NCBI GenBank assembly: GCA_014191035.1
Contig: BJGX01000001.1
Span: forward strand, 24,187 to 88,186
Length of the DNA: 64,000 nt
Direction of reading: 5' to 3'
DNA from: Candidatus Saccharimonadota bacterium
Lineage (GTDB): Bacteria; Patescibacteriota; Saccharimonadia; CAILAD01; BJGX01
Positions 1-9,585 of the stretch are shown here, piece after piece (position 1 is the stretch's first letter; each line of letters starts with the position of its first letter). The translations under genes were made by a program, and so were the position numbers. Under the pieces are notes generated by a model. It searched no databases. It saw only the letters and a program-made list of their open reading frames with translations, and was not told the origin of the DNA.

Positions 1-1
1 T

Positions 2-790
2 TTTAAAAATTATCGATCTTCGCTTGCTAGTAAATTGTTTTACAAAGTAAAAGACCAAGTAATGCGCAATATTGTTCTACGACAGGGGATTGGTAAAGCC
101 AGCTCAGTAATAGTGCCAACTGAATATGTTAAAGATGATGTTTCGAAAACTTTCAAAGTAAGAAAAAATAAAATACAAGTAACCTATGAGGCAGTTGAGC
201 AAAATTTTGCAAGTCCAGCCATTAATTTGGAAAAAAGGGGAATAAATAAACCATTTATTTTGTATGTCGGAAATGCATACCCACATAAAAATCTTGAAAG
301 AATGATTTTGGCCTTCGGCCGTCTTGTAACGAAATATATGCTTGATTATCAATTGGTAATTGCCGGCAAGAAGGATTCATTTCATGAGGGGCTTGAGGCT
401 GCAATAAAAGAAGCCGGCCTAGAGGACAGGGTAGTGTTTACTGGCTATGTTACCGACCGCGAGCTAGCAGGCTTATATAAAAATGCTAAGCTTTATGTTT
501 TTCCATCGCTTTCTGAGGGGTTTGGATTGCCACCACTTGAAGCTATGGCCTATGGACTACCTGTGGTAAGTTCTAATTCAACTTGTCTCCCGGAAGTTCT
601 TGGTGATGCCGCTGTATATTTTGACCCAAAAAGTATTGTTGAGATGTCTAATGCCATGGTTTCAGTTTTGACAGATGATAAACTTTCATCTGAACTTATA
701 AAAAAGGGCCAGAAGCAGGTGAAAAAATATAGTTGGAAAAAAACCGCAAAAGAAACCTTAGCCATATACGATAAGGCTTTATTAAAATAA
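2..790 (+). CDS. Glycosyltransferase family 4 (GT-B), C-terminal part. The reading frame is open to the window start, so the 5' end is truncated.
   Basis: EX7E-type motif EGFGLPPLEAMAYGLPVV and GT1/GT4 C-terminal domain architecture; no in-frame stop upstream of position 35. Confidence 0.7.
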   Translation, partial: FKNYRSSLASKLFYKVKDQVMRNIVLRQGIGKASSVIVPTEYVKDDVSKTFKVRKNKIQVTYEAVEQNFASPAINLEKRGINKPFILYVGNAYPHKNLERMILAFGRLVTKYMLDYQLVIAGKKDSFHEGLEAAIKEAGLEDRVVFTGYVTDRELAGLYKNAKLYVFPSLSEGFGLPPLEAMAYGLPVVSSNSTCLPEVLGDAAVYFDPKSIVEMSNAMVSVLTDDKLSSELIKKGQKQVKKYSWKKTAKETLAIYDKALLK

Positions 791-796
791 ATTTAT

Positions 797-1843
797 TTAT
801 TTATTGGCTATATTTGAGTCATTAATTAGATTCTTAACAATATCCCACATTTCATTCTGACCTTGCTGTTTTAGGTGCCACCACCATTCAGCACCCCAAA
901 GATCGAACTCGCGTATTCTAGTTTGTCTGGCGTATTCAATATTTTCTGCAAATTGTTTCGGGTTCATTGAACGCATTGCCTCGGCATAGTCTAGATATTC
1001 ATTTCCCCTTGGTCCCCAGGCTTCTGCTTGAAGCTCATGTATTTTTATCTCTTGGTTTTTTAATGCAGATATTATGCCTGCTTTCCACCAAAAATATACA
1101 CCATTTTGTGGGTACTTATAGTAGCCAATCTCTTTTTTCCACGACCACTTGTACATAGAAAATCCAAAAATATCTCCAAATGGACCTTGAACAGGAAAAC
1201 CGTATTGATCTGATTGTGATATGAGAATCGGCCGGGTGTTATCTATGCTTTTTAGAGCATCAAGCTCTTTTTTTAATTGCTTTCCAGTCAGCATATTTTT
1301 AGGGCACTCACCAAAAGCTTTTAAAATAAATTCATTCTCAAGCTGCCACTTATTTACGGTTGGGTTGTCTTTGTATCTTTTTGCAACTTCCTCTACATAT
1401 TTGACTGCAGACTTTGATGTGGCTTCTGTGTCTTTTGTGTTAATCCAGTCTGGATAAAAACATTCTGGGTAGCGAATATTCTTTTGTCCCACAACTACTG
1501 TTACTTTTGCATCTCTTTTGCTGGCTTCATTAATCATCCAGTCGAGTTCTGTGAAATCGAAACTTCCTTCGGTAGGCTCAATCCTGTTCCAGTAGGCGGG
1601 GAGGCGTAATTGCTTAAACCCCAAGCCATCTAAAACATCTATATAGTTTTGCTGCCAATTGCTACCATAGCGCTCAGCTTGAATTTGCGAAAAGCTAACT
1701 CCAATTACTTCTGGCTTAAGTTTGTTAAGCCGATTAAACCTAAGCATCAATAAAAATGTTTCAAAAAGAATGATAACAAATACAATTAAAAGTATTATCA
1801 GGGCTTTTTTTGTGGCAGATAAATTTTTGAACTTTTTTAGCAT
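797..1843 (-). CDS. Membrane-anchored glycoside hydrolase, GH5-like (cellulase-superfamily TIM barrel).
   Basis: N-terminal TM helix; QLENEF (NEP-like acid/base motif); aromatic-rich C-terminus WGAEWWW. Confidence 0.45.
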   Translation of the reverse strand: MLKKFKNLSATKKALIILLIVFVIILFETFLLMLRFNRLNKLKPEVIGVSFSQIQAERYGSNWQQNYIDVLDGLGFKQLRLPAYWNRIEPTEGSFDFTELDWMINEASKRDAKVTVVVGQKNIRYPECFYPDWINTKDTEATSKSAVKYVEEVAKRYKDNPTVNKWQLENEFILKAFGECPKNMLTGKQLKKELDALKSIDNTRPILISQSDQYGFPVQGPFGDIFGFSMYKWSWKKEIGYYKYPQNGVYFWWKAGIISALKNQEIKIHELQAEAWGPRGNEYLDYAEAMRSMNPKQFAENIEYARQTRIREFDLWGAEWWWHLKQQGQNEMWDIVKNLINDSNIANK

Positions 1844-1884
1844 GTATGTATTTTACCTATAACAGCAGTAATTAACAAAAATAA

Positions 1885-1908
1885 AAGCTAGCTCACTTGG
1901 AGCTAGCT
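1885..1908 (-). terminator. Rho-independent terminator hairpin (aagctagctc-actt-gagctagctt) overlapping the 3' end of the 386-aa gene.
   Basis: Perfect 10-bp inverted repeat followed by a T-run on the minus strand. Confidence 0.5.
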
Positions 1909-3053
1909 TGTTCGATATACCAAGGATGATTAACATCATCGCTGGCTCGGAAACGAATTGAATTCTTGATTTCTACACAGAACTTTTCGTAATCTTCGTT
2001 TTCTTGTTTAATCATTAGGTAAAGTTCTTGAATCTGTATTTTAAGATTGGTAAAAAATTCAATGTACAAATCCTCATTTGGAATTACCGATAGCAAAACT
2101 TTGAGGATCCTAAAGTTCTCTTTTGTATTAACACCTTTTTGGATATCCGCAACAAGATTACGGATTGCCATGAGCTGCACTTCGGCAGTAAAGACATCTA
2201 TAGTTCTTGGCAAAGATGAAGTATTATTAAGTTCAATCATTTTTTTGACGTATAGAACACCAAAAAGCATAGGCTTGAAAATATTCTTTTCGATTCTACG
2301 GTTTAGCTCACGCTCAATAGTTATGGGTGAGAGCCTGTGAATGTTTCTCATATCCCATATGTCTTGCTCGATTGAAGCATAAAGCTTTGTAGCGAATCGC
2401 CGCCGTTTTTGGAGTGATCCTTCACTACGAGTTTCTCGGCCAATTTGCTTTTCAAGACGTGTTGCAATTGCTGTGTACTTAGCGCTTGCAGCACCAGGGT
2501 TGATTCGACCACGTTTGTCGGTAAGGCCTGGATTGACCTCCCACGCTTCAGCAATTGGTTTGGTGCGCCTTCCACTTATTGCAAAGCGTAGCTCATCAAT
2601 CGAACTTTCTAATTCTGCTTGCTTTTCTTCTGAAATCTTAAGCTGATTCCAGTTGGCAAGGATCATTGTTCTTGAATTGTAAATAAACTGTAGGTAGTAA
2701 AGGTATTCAAGCTTGGTAGCATTGATCCTCTCGCTGCCATTTAGTCCGCTCGAAAAAAGCGTTGGAAGAAACAAAGATGCTGTGTACTCACTTGAGTCAG
2801 AAGGTTTTACAAGGGTAATAATTTCACCAACCATATTGATGTCGTCTGACTTTGTAACAACCTCAAATTTCCAGCCGCTGCCAGGTTCTCCGGCGCAATG
2901 AATTGGCTTAGTTACTAAAAACTTATCTTTGTACTTTCTGCCTTTTGGTTCAAATACATGAGAGGGTCCGTACCAAACATTTGAAAATCCGCTCATTCGT
3001 CTCCTAGGATTTTGGGGTACTTTTGCGATCTGCAAAACTGGAATATTATACAA
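1893..3053 (-). CDS. Hypothetical 386-aa protein with no recognisable catalytic motif. Co-oriented with and 52 bp downstream of the whiB-like gene.
   Basis: Long ORF with RBS-compatible upstream region. N-terminal ~100 aa mixed beta-like region, then a charged alpha-helical region. Orphan. Confidence 0.6.
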   Translation of the reverse strand: MYNIPVLQIAKVPQNPRRRMSGFSNVWYGPSHVFEPKGRKYKDKFLVTKPIHCAGEPGSGWKFEVVTKSDDINMVGEIITLVKPSDSSEYTASLFLPTLFSSGLNGSERINATKLEYLYYLQFIYNSRTMILANWNQLKISEEKQAELESSIDELRFAISGRRTKPIAEAWEVNPGLTDKRGRINPGAASAKYTAIATRLEKQIGRETRSEGSLQKRRRFATKLYASIEQDIWDMRNIHRLSPITIERELNRRIEKNIFKPMLFGVLYVKKMIELNNTSSLPRTIDVFTAEVQLMAIRNLVADIQKGVNTKENFRILKVLLSVIPNEDLYIEFFTNLKIQIQELYLMIKQENEDYEKFCVEIKNSIRFRASDDVNHPWYIEQASSK

Positions 3054-3105
3054 TTTTTTATAGTGTTAATCAATAAAAAAGCCCCAATAATGGGGCTATC
3101 GGAAA

Positions 3106-3369
3106 TTACCTTTCCGCTTTATTAAACCGAAGCTTGCGCCTTTGCTTTTCTGTAGTGCCACCCCAGACACCAATTTCATTATTGGAAATCGCGTATTCGC
3201 GACACTTATCGATAATTGGGCATTTCTGACAGATTTTTACTGCTTCACGCTGCTCACCGATATAAAGAGAGTAGAAAAGTCTTCGGTTTTCGAAATTACA
3301 GATGCCTTCTTCCATCCACTGGGATGTTAAGTTATCTACATACGGCTTCATACTTCCCCCTTGGTACAT
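3106..3369 (-). CDS. WhiB-like (Wbl) Fe-S transcription factor.
   Basis: Four Cys in C-x22-CxxC-x5-C spacing (GIC...CQKCPIIDKC), G[VI]WGG motif (GVWGGTT), basic C-terminal tail. Confidence 0.7.
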   Translation of the reverse strand: MYQGGSMKPYVDNLTSQWMEEGICNFENRRLFYSLYIGEQREAVKICQKCPIIDKCREYAISNNEIGVWGGTTEKQRRKLRFNKAER

Positions 3370-3435
3370 TCAGTGTGGCTACTGAAAGTTAAATTATATT
3401 AAAACATTTTGTATCTTTAGTCAATCTCTTTGATA

Positions 3436-3464
3436 TTGACCAAAATGGCCTCAACAGATATAAT
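3436..3464 (+). promoter_or_regulatory. SigmaA-type promoter for tRNA-Asn: TTGACC-17 bp-TATAAT.
   Basis: -35 at 3436-3441, -10 at 3459-3464, about 20 bp upstream of the tRNA. Confidence 0.55.
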
Positions 3465-3484
3465 CACTTGGTAAATATAAATAT

Positions 3485-3559
3485 TCCGGGGTAGCTCAGT
3501 GGTAGAGCAGTTGGCTGTTAACCAATTGGTCGCTGGTTCGAATCCAGTCCCCGGAGCCA
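3485..3559 (+). tRNA. tRNA-Asn (GTT).
   Basis: Cloverleaf with 7-bp acceptor stem tccgggg/ccccgga, anticodon loop cuGUUaa, T-loop ttcgaat, encoded CCA. Confidence 0.9.
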
Positions 3560-3570
3560 GTATGAACGAA

Positions 3571-3597
3571 CAGAGGTTAAAGCCTCTGTTTTTTCTT
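3571..3597 (+). terminator. Terminator hairpin after tRNA-Asn (cagagg-ttaaag-cctctg plus T6).
   Basis: Stem-loop plus U-run. Confidence 0.6.
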
Positions 3598-3836
3598 TAA
3601 TAGCGATAATTCCCCGTTCTAACCTTAATGAATTCTTTCTCTAGCGCTGGGTATGCATCTGCGATAGGAACAAGCCATTTATTGGCTTCGAGAAGCAATT
3701 TGCCATCTAATATCGAAATATTCTGACCCAATCCAGAAAGAATCTCCTTTTTCTTTTTTAAGTCACCAAGTGAAAATTCTTTCTTAGCATAAGTTGCAAA
3801 GTCGAAGGTCTTTTCGGTTAAGCAGGGCGGGAAAGT
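3598..3836 (-). pseudogene. Start-less 79-codon ORF fragment (..KEFSLGDLKKKKEILSGLGQNISILDGKLLLEANKWLVPIADAYPALEKEFIKVRTGNYRY*). Remnant of a degraded gene.
   Basis: Protein-like reading frame on the minus strand with no ATG/GTG/TTG start, bounded upstream by an in-frame stop. Lies in a 380-bp gap between tRNA-Asn and the VOC gene. Confidence 0.3.
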
Positions 3837-3941
3837 TTACTTATCTGAATGCGACGCGGCATATCTTGATAGTCCAGCCACCGGAGCCAAACATAAACAC
3901 TATCTTGTAGATCATGGTGTTTTTACTTTATACTTAAAAGC

Positions 3942-4454
3942 ATGAAAACACCCCCGGCCCCAAAAGGATATAATACGATAAACCCATTTGTGTTCACGAA
4001 AGGCGCACAAAAATTTATAGAATTTGTCAAAGAAGTATTCGGCGCTGTTGAGCGAGAGGACGCTTTCACACTTGATACCGACGGACTTATCCTACATTCA
4101 GAGCTTGAGTTGGGGAATTCGGTATTGATGTGCGTCGACACGAAGCCCGATTGGCCAACAACCCCTGCGTTTATTCAGGTATACGTTGACGATGTTGAAA
4201 AAACGCTTGCCACTGGCGAGAGCTTAGGGTCGACAATAGTAACGAGGCCCACGGATTTCTATGGCGATACGTTTTCTCGTATGCTCGACCCGTTTGGCAA
4301 CTTATGGTGGATATATCAGCACAATGAAGTAGAGGTTGAGCGGAGTGCGGAAAGACCAGATGCAGACCAGAGTGCCGAATGGGACGCGTCAAGTGATTCG
4401 CTGAACTATATACACGATACAATTATGCAGGTTATGCCAACACTTGGTAAATGA
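3942..4454 (+). CDS. VOC-superfamily (glyoxalase/bleomycin-resistance/PhnB-like) protein.
   Basis: PhnB-like beta-alpha-beta-beta-beta modules. Local GC clearly above neighbours (~48%). Confidence 0.55.
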   Translation: MKTPPAPKGYNTINPFVFTKGAQKFIEFVKEVFGAVEREDAFTLDTDGLILHSELELGNSVLMCVDTKPDWPTTPAFIQVYVDDVEKTLATGESLGSTIVTRPTDFYGDTFSRMLDPFGNLWWIYQHNEVEVERSAERPDADQSAEWDASSDSLNYIHDTIMQVMPTLGK

Positions 4455-4684
4455 AAAACAACCCAACCTCAATCACAGGCCAAATTAACCAAAAAGCAAT
4501 TGATCTTCTTAGTGATAGTCCGGAAGGAATACGATGGAGTGAAATGCTAAAACTTATTCAGAGTGCGTACCCTGAATTTCACCCAAAAACAATAAATGGA
4601 ACTGTTTGGAAGTTGGTAGAGAATAACCCCAAAGAGGTCTATAAGCCTGAAAAAGGACTTTTTAAGCACACTAAGTTTAAGTAG
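4451..4684 (+). CDS. Small hypothetical protein (77 aa). Start overlaps the upstream stop (ATGA).
   Basis: ORF translationally coupled to the VOC gene. Confidence 0.4.
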   Translation: MKNNPTSITGQINQKAIDLLSDSPEGIRWSEMLKLIQSAYPEFHPKTINGTVWKLVENNPKEVYKPEKGLFKHTKFK

Positions 4685-5248
4685 CTATCGGCAAATTTTA
4701 ATATTTTTAAGGTAATTTATTAAAATTCCTGCAAAAGCTATCTGGAATATTAGTTGGCTTTGAATCATAAAGCCGCTATCTAGCGATAAGTAAAAGTAAC
4801 TAAACAGACCACTAGTGAGCATGACTAGTATTAAAAAGTATGTTAAGTAACTTCGGCCATTTCGAACTACCAAATAGAAAGATGTTAAAAGTTGAGTAAC
4901 AAATAGACTTGTGCCAAAAAATTTATGAATATTTGCAAGAACAGTGTGAGGAGTTATGGTTAAGCCCACCATAAAAAGGGCCATAATAATAAGTATAATT
5001 TTTAGAACTTTTGCGGTTTGACACTTATCCTTAAGGCTATTTGAGGCCAACCAAAGAAAAAAAGCATAGCTTAAAAAGGCAAGCGAATAGGGAATGACTG
5101 TTTTTGCAACTGCTCCAAAATAGCTAAACCCATTGTTTGCAGACAAACTTTCCGGATCAATTAATACGCAAAGTAGTAACAACGACACGGCGATAGTTAT
5201 ACCCATATATATGTATTGGTAGCTTTTTAGCGATGTAAGCTTTTTCAT
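4685..5248 (-). CDS. Hypothetical polytopic membrane protein.
   Basis: 5-6 predicted TM helices. Confidence 0.5.
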   Translation of the reverse strand: MKKLTSLKSYQYIYMGITIAVSLLLLCVLIDPESLSANNGFSYFGAVAKTVIPYSLAFLSYAFFLWLASNSLKDKCQTAKVLKIILIIMALFMVGLTITPHTVLANIHKFFGTSLFVTQLLTSFYLVVRNGRSYLTYFLILVMLTSGLFSYFYLSLDSGFMIQSQLIFQIAFAGILINYLKNIKICR

Positions 5249-5299
5249 AAAATATTAATATACTTATATACATAAGAATTATAGTGTATATTTTAATTA

Positions 5300-6547
5300 A
5301 TGGCCAAAAAGAAAAAAGCAGTCAAAACTAGGCATTTACACCCATTAATCGCCATATTGATTTTGTGCCTTTTAGCAATTGCAATATTTCTAATTTTTAA
5401 TAACTTGCAGGCAAGGAGATTTCAATCAAATCTAAATAATTTTTACAATACCACAGACATCCCTCTGCAAGGCCCCCTGGGTGAATTAATAAGAAGTGAA
5501 CCAGTAGCAACTGACCTGCAAAACGGAAGCGCAAATAGAATTATTTATAGAACTCAAAAAAAAGATGGAACAATAACATTTTCTTCCGGAATGATTTATA
5601 TTCCATCAAAAGCCGCAGCTAGCCCTAGGCCAATAATGGCATGGGCCCACGGAACCATTGGAATGGGCGATTCGTGCGCGCCATCTCGCCAGAAGGTTCC
5701 AAATGTTAACAATGGAATTACATGGGTGGATTCAATGCTAGAAAAGGGCTGGGTGGTTACTGCCACCGATTATGCGGGCCTAGGTACGCCCGGAACAGAG
5801 GCTTACTTGGTTGGCCAGGCCGAAGCTAATGATGTCTTAAATAGCGTTAGGGCGGCTAAAAACTTCAACGGTAGCGACGCCGGGAATGATTATGCTGTTT
5901 GGGGGCATTCACAGGGAGGTCATTCGGCTCTTTTTAGCTCGGCAAGGGCCCGTTCATATCTTCCAGACTTTAAGTTAGTTGGTACAGTTGCATCGGCACC
6001 GGCAGCAGAACTGCCATCGCTTTTTAGTCAGCAAGAAAACACCGCTGTCGCCTGGATTATTGGCCCAGAAGCAAGCTTGTCTTGGCCGGATAATTACCCG
6101 GGAATAAATTTGAGCTCAGTATTAACTAAGCAAGGCCTTAATAGCTATAAGGGTATTGCCGAAAAATGTATCAACCAAGCTGCAATAGATGGCTTGATTC
6201 GCCAAAGGCTTGGGCAGAAGTTTTTTAACGAGGATGTGTCAAACAATTCTGCCTGGCAGACTATTTTAAATGAACAGACTGCCCCGACACTAGCACCGAA
6301 TCAGCCCTTGATGGTTGCTGAAAGTTTGACTGACAATGTAGTGCTACCAAACACAACAGCAAAATACATACAAAGATCTTGCCAGGCAGGCTCTAACCTT
6401 ACGCAGCTTTGGCTGACAAACGTAAATCACATTGCTCTGCAATCAGTTATATCGCCTAGCGTAATTAATTGGTTAGATGATAGATTTAATGGCAGACCTA
6501 ACATATCTAATTGCAACCAACCTTTACCGATAGCCCCGGCACAATAA
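5300..6547 (+). CDS. Membrane-anchored secretory-lipase-family (LIP) alpha/beta hydrolase.
   Basis: N-terminal TM anchor; nucleophile elbow GHSQGG; length and architecture typical of the Lipase_2/LIP family. Confidence 0.5.
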   Translation: MAKKKKAVKTRHLHPLIAILILCLLAIAIFLIFNNLQARRFQSNLNNFYNTTDIPLQGPLGELIRSEPVATDLQNGSANRIIYRTQKKDGTITFSSGMIYIPSKAAASPRPIMAWAHGTIGMGDSCAPSRQKVPNVNNGITWVDSMLEKGWVVTATDYAGLGTPGTEAYLVGQAEANDVLNSVRAAKNFNGSDAGNDYAVWGHSQGGHSALFSSARARSYLPDFKLVGTVASAPAAELPSLFSQQENTAVAWIIGPEASLSWPDNYPGINLSSVLTKQGLNSYKGIAEKCINQAAIDGLIRQRLGQKFFNEDVSNNSAWQTILNEQTAPTLAPNQPLMVAESLTDNVVLPNTTAKYIQRSCQAGSNLTQLWLTNVNHIALQSVISPSVINWLDDRFNGRPNISNCNQPLPIAPAQ

Positions 6548-6587
6548 TATCCTGTAAAAATATCTGCTAAAGGTGTAATATATAGGC

Positions 6588-7643
6588 ATGAAAGATAGTA
6601 TTAACGATATTTCGAATCAGACAATAATTAGAATTTTGCTAATAATTCTGTCCTTTGTTGTTGGGATTTTTTTAGTAGTTACACTAAGACAGCAATTATT
6701 ATGGCTTGGAATTTCATTTTTCTTTGCTCTGGCTTTAGAACCTCCAGTTAATTGGATTAGTAAACGATTGCCTAAGCAAAGCCGTGGTCTAGCAGTATTT
6801 TTTGTGGTCGCTTTTACTATTTCTGCAGTTGCTTATTTAGTATCTTTAATTGGTCCTCCCATCGTAAAGCAGTTTAGTGAAATGATTACTAATTTGCCTG
6901 CTTACTACCAAAGCTTTATAAATGATAATAATTTGGTTTCGAATTATTTACGTACGGTTGATGTGCCGAAAAGTTTATCTGTGAACGGTCAAAGTATTGC
7001 TAACTTTTTTGCCAGCACGGGCGGTGGGGTCAGCAGGGTATTTAGCAATGTCTTTAGTAGTATTTTTGCTTTCTTATCAATTTTGGTTTTTACATTTTTC
7101 ATGGTTTTGGAATGGCCAAAGTGGCACGACATAGTATGGAAATACCAAGATCCTAAAAAGAGAAAAAGAAGAAAAGAGCTTTATGCACGTATGCAAAAAA
7201 CTGTTAGTGGTTATATCGGTGGCAATCTTTTGACAAGTATTATCGCTGGAATAGTTGCAGTGATATTTTTTGCAATTTTCAAAAACCCATATGCTATAGC
7301 CCTGGGCTTTATGGTAGCAATTTTTGATTTGATACCAATGTTTGGTGCGTTAATAGCGGCAATAATTGCTGTGTCGGTTGTGCTAGTTTATGGTGGGGTC
7401 AGCCAGGCAATAATTACAGCTATATTCTTCCTTGTTTATCAACAAATTGAAAATAATATTTTGCAGCCTTATGTATTCTCTAAGACCGTAAACATCTCGC
7501 CATTAATAGCAGGGGTAGCAGCTTTGTTTGGGGCATCGCTTGCAGGGCTTATTGGGGCATTGGTAGCAATCCCAATTGCAGCATCGCTTCAAATACTCGT
7601 AAAAGACTATTTAGACACAAAATACTCTAATACTTCTAAATAA
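6588..7643 (+). CDS. AI-2E family transporter (PerM/UPF0118).
   Basis: ~350 aa, 7-8 TM helices, characteristic C-terminal hydrophobic GALIAAIIAV-type segments. Confidence 0.65.
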   Translation: MKDSINDISNQTIIRILLIILSFVVGIFLVVTLRQQLLWLGISFFFALALEPPVNWISKRLPKQSRGLAVFFVVAFTISAVAYLVSLIGPPIVKQFSEMITNLPAYYQSFINDNNLVSNYLRTVDVPKSLSVNGQSIANFFASTGGGVSRVFSNVFSSIFAFLSILVFTFFMVLEWPKWHDIVWKYQDPKKRKRRKELYARMQKTVSGYIGGNLLTSIIAGIVAVIFFAIFKNPYAIALGFMVAIFDLIPMFGALIAAIIAVSVVLVYGGVSQAIITAIFFLVYQQIENNILQPYVFSKTVNISPLIAGVAALFGASLAGLIGALVAIPIAASLQILVKDYLDTKYSNTSK

Positions 7644-7684
7644 CTGTTTATACTTGGCGGTAATTAATTTAAAATGGATATACT

Positions 7685-8824
7685 ATGGATAAACACAATT
7701 TTGATAATGAAGCTATAAAAAAGCACTTAGAACTTAAGGGCAAGATAGAAGTAAACCCTAAAGGTAGTGTACAAAACGAAGATGATTTAAGTATTTACTA
7801 CACCCCAGGTGTAGGAGCAGTATCGAAGCTACTTTCAGAAAGCCCCGATAAAGCCAAGGACTACACAATAAAATCCAATACTGTAGCAGTAGTATCAGAT
7901 GGCTCTGCGGTGCTGGGCCTTGGCAATGTTGGCCCAGAAGCAGCAATGCCAGTTATGGAAGGAAAGGCCATGCTGTTTAAGGACTTGGCTGGTGTGGATG
8001 CGTTTCCAATTTGTTTGGACACTCAAGACGAAGATGAAATAGTTTCTACAATCAAAAATATAGCACCTGTTTTTGCAGGGGTGAATTTAGAGGATATTGC
8101 GTCGCCAAAGTGTTTCGAAATCGAAAGAAGATTGCAAGAAGAATTAGATATTCCGGTCATTCATGATGATCAGCATGCTACGGCAATTGCTGTTTTGGCT
8201 GGACTAATAAACGCACTTAAGGTTACCAATAAAGACAAGGGTAATTGCAAGGTGGTTATCGTTGGCTCTGGAGCAGCAGGAAGCGGCGTTGCAAGACTCC
8301 TAGATAAGTGGGGCATAGGTGATATTATTATGGTAGATAGTAAAGGCATTATTTCTAGCCAGAGAGATGATCTAGATGAAAATAAACAAAAGCTACTAAA
8401 GGTAACGAATAAAAATGATATTAACGGAAGCCTTGCTGATGCTATGGAAGGAAGCGACATATTCTTGGGGTTATCACAAGGCAATCTTATAAACGCTGGT
8501 CATATTTCAAGTATGAACTCAGACCCTATAGTATTTGCAATGGCCAACCCAGTGCCTGAAATTGAACCTAATATAGCACTTGAAGCCGGAGCTAAGGTTG
8601 TGGCTACGGGGAGGTCAGACTACCCAAATCAAATAAACAATGTTTTGGTTTTTCCGGGTATGTTTAAAGGTGCTATCAGCACCAAGACTAAAGAAATCAC
8701 TGACGAAATTAAATTAAAAGCCGCAGAAAACCTAGCATCAGTAGTTGAGAAGCCAAATACAGAAAAAATAATCCCAAGTGTTTTTGATAGTGGTGTGGTG
8801 GAGTCGATTGTTTCGGCATTTTAA
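7685..8824 (+). CDS. NAD(P)-dependent malic enzyme (short MaeB-type).
   Basis: YTPGV motif, malic-enzyme N-terminal domain, Rossmann VVIVGSGAAGSGVA. Confidence 0.8.
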   Translation: MDKHNFDNEAIKKHLELKGKIEVNPKGSVQNEDDLSIYYTPGVGAVSKLLSESPDKAKDYTIKSNTVAVVSDGSAVLGLGNVGPEAAMPVMEGKAMLFKDLAGVDAFPICLDTQDEDEIVSTIKNIAPVFAGVNLEDIASPKCFEIERRLQEELDIPVIHDDQHATAIAVLAGLINALKVTNKDKGNCKVVIVGSGAAGSGVARLLDKWGIGDIIMVDSKGIISSQRDDLDENKQKLLKVTNKNDINGSLADAMEGSDIFLGLSQGNLINAGHISSMNSDPIVFAMANPVPEIEPNIALEAGAKVVATGRSDYPNQINNVLVFPGMFKGAISTKTKEITDEIKLKAAENLASVVEKPNTEKIIPSVFDSGVVESIVSAF

Positions 8825-8889
8825 GTAAGCTTGAGCACTATAAGTAAATAGGGTAAAGTTTAATTAGTAATTAATCGAGGAAATATTAA

Positions 8890-9585
8890 ATGCCTACTAA
8901 GAAAACCACTAGCCCAAAAAAACAAAGTGCAATTAAACAGCAAACGATTTCAAGCAGTAATGAAAAGAAAACAAATACGATCTCTATTTTTGCGATTATT
9001 TTAACTTTTCTTTTGTTCACAATACCTATTGTTGGTTTAGTTCTAGGAATTATTGCACTCGTACAAATCAATAAAAGAAAAGAGGGTGGTAAGGGGCTTG
9101 CGATTGCCTCTATTGTGATATCAAGCATATTTATAGTTTTACAAATTATATTCTGGATATTTATAGTTTCCCTGGCGAGTTTAGGTGACGGCATAACGAA
9201 TGGTCGAAGATCATTCACCTTTAATAAAGATGGCAATTCAGTATCGCTAGGAGGAAATGTATCTCTTCCTTCTGGTTTTCCAAGCGATGTACCAATCTAT
9301 CCAGACTCTAAGATAAAACTTTCTACAAAGTCAGATAAGGGAGACTATTCCGTTACACTAACTACTCAGGATGGACAAAGTAAAGTGGCAGATTATTATA
9401 AGACCGAAATGGTATCAAAAGGATGGACTTCTGGAGATGAACAGGCTCTGGGCGAGATAGGACAAATGAATGCCGTAGGAACCTATACAAAGGGCGATCT
9501 TAAAACCACTCTAGTTGTCTTGCAGGGACAAAATAGCCCAACAACAACTGTGTTTATAACAGTCAACAAGTCTAACCAACAATGA
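8890..9585 (+). CDS. DUF4190-type membrane protein with an extracytoplasmic C-terminal domain.
   Basis: Membrane hairpin GLVLGIIALVQI...IASIVISSIFIVLQII. Confidence 0.5.
   Translation: MPTKKTTSPKKQSAIKQQTISSSNEKKTNTISIFAIILTFLLFTIPIVGLVLGIIALVQINKRKEGGKGLAIASIVISSIFIVLQIIFWIFIVSLASLGDGITNGRRSFTFNKDGNSVSLGGNVSLPSGFPSDVPIYPDSKIKLSTKSDKGDYSVTLTTQDGQSKVADYYKTEMVSKGWTSGDEQALGEIGQMNAVGTYTKGDLKTTLVVLQGQNSPTTTVFITVNKSNQQ

Noticed and set aside
104-765. Antisense ORFs 104-352(-) and 550-765(-) inside the glycosyltransferase gene.
   Set aside because: Fully overlapped by a motif-supported CDS on the opposite strand; AT-rich frames with no RBS.
2047-2901. ORFs 2047-2340(+), 2348-2575(-), 2713-2901(+) within the 386-aa gene.
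   Set aside because: Nested or antisense to the long ORF; low-complexity translations.
3923-4422. Minus-strand ORFs 3923-4141 and 4171-4422.
   Set aside because: Antisense to the VOC gene, which has clear family similarity.
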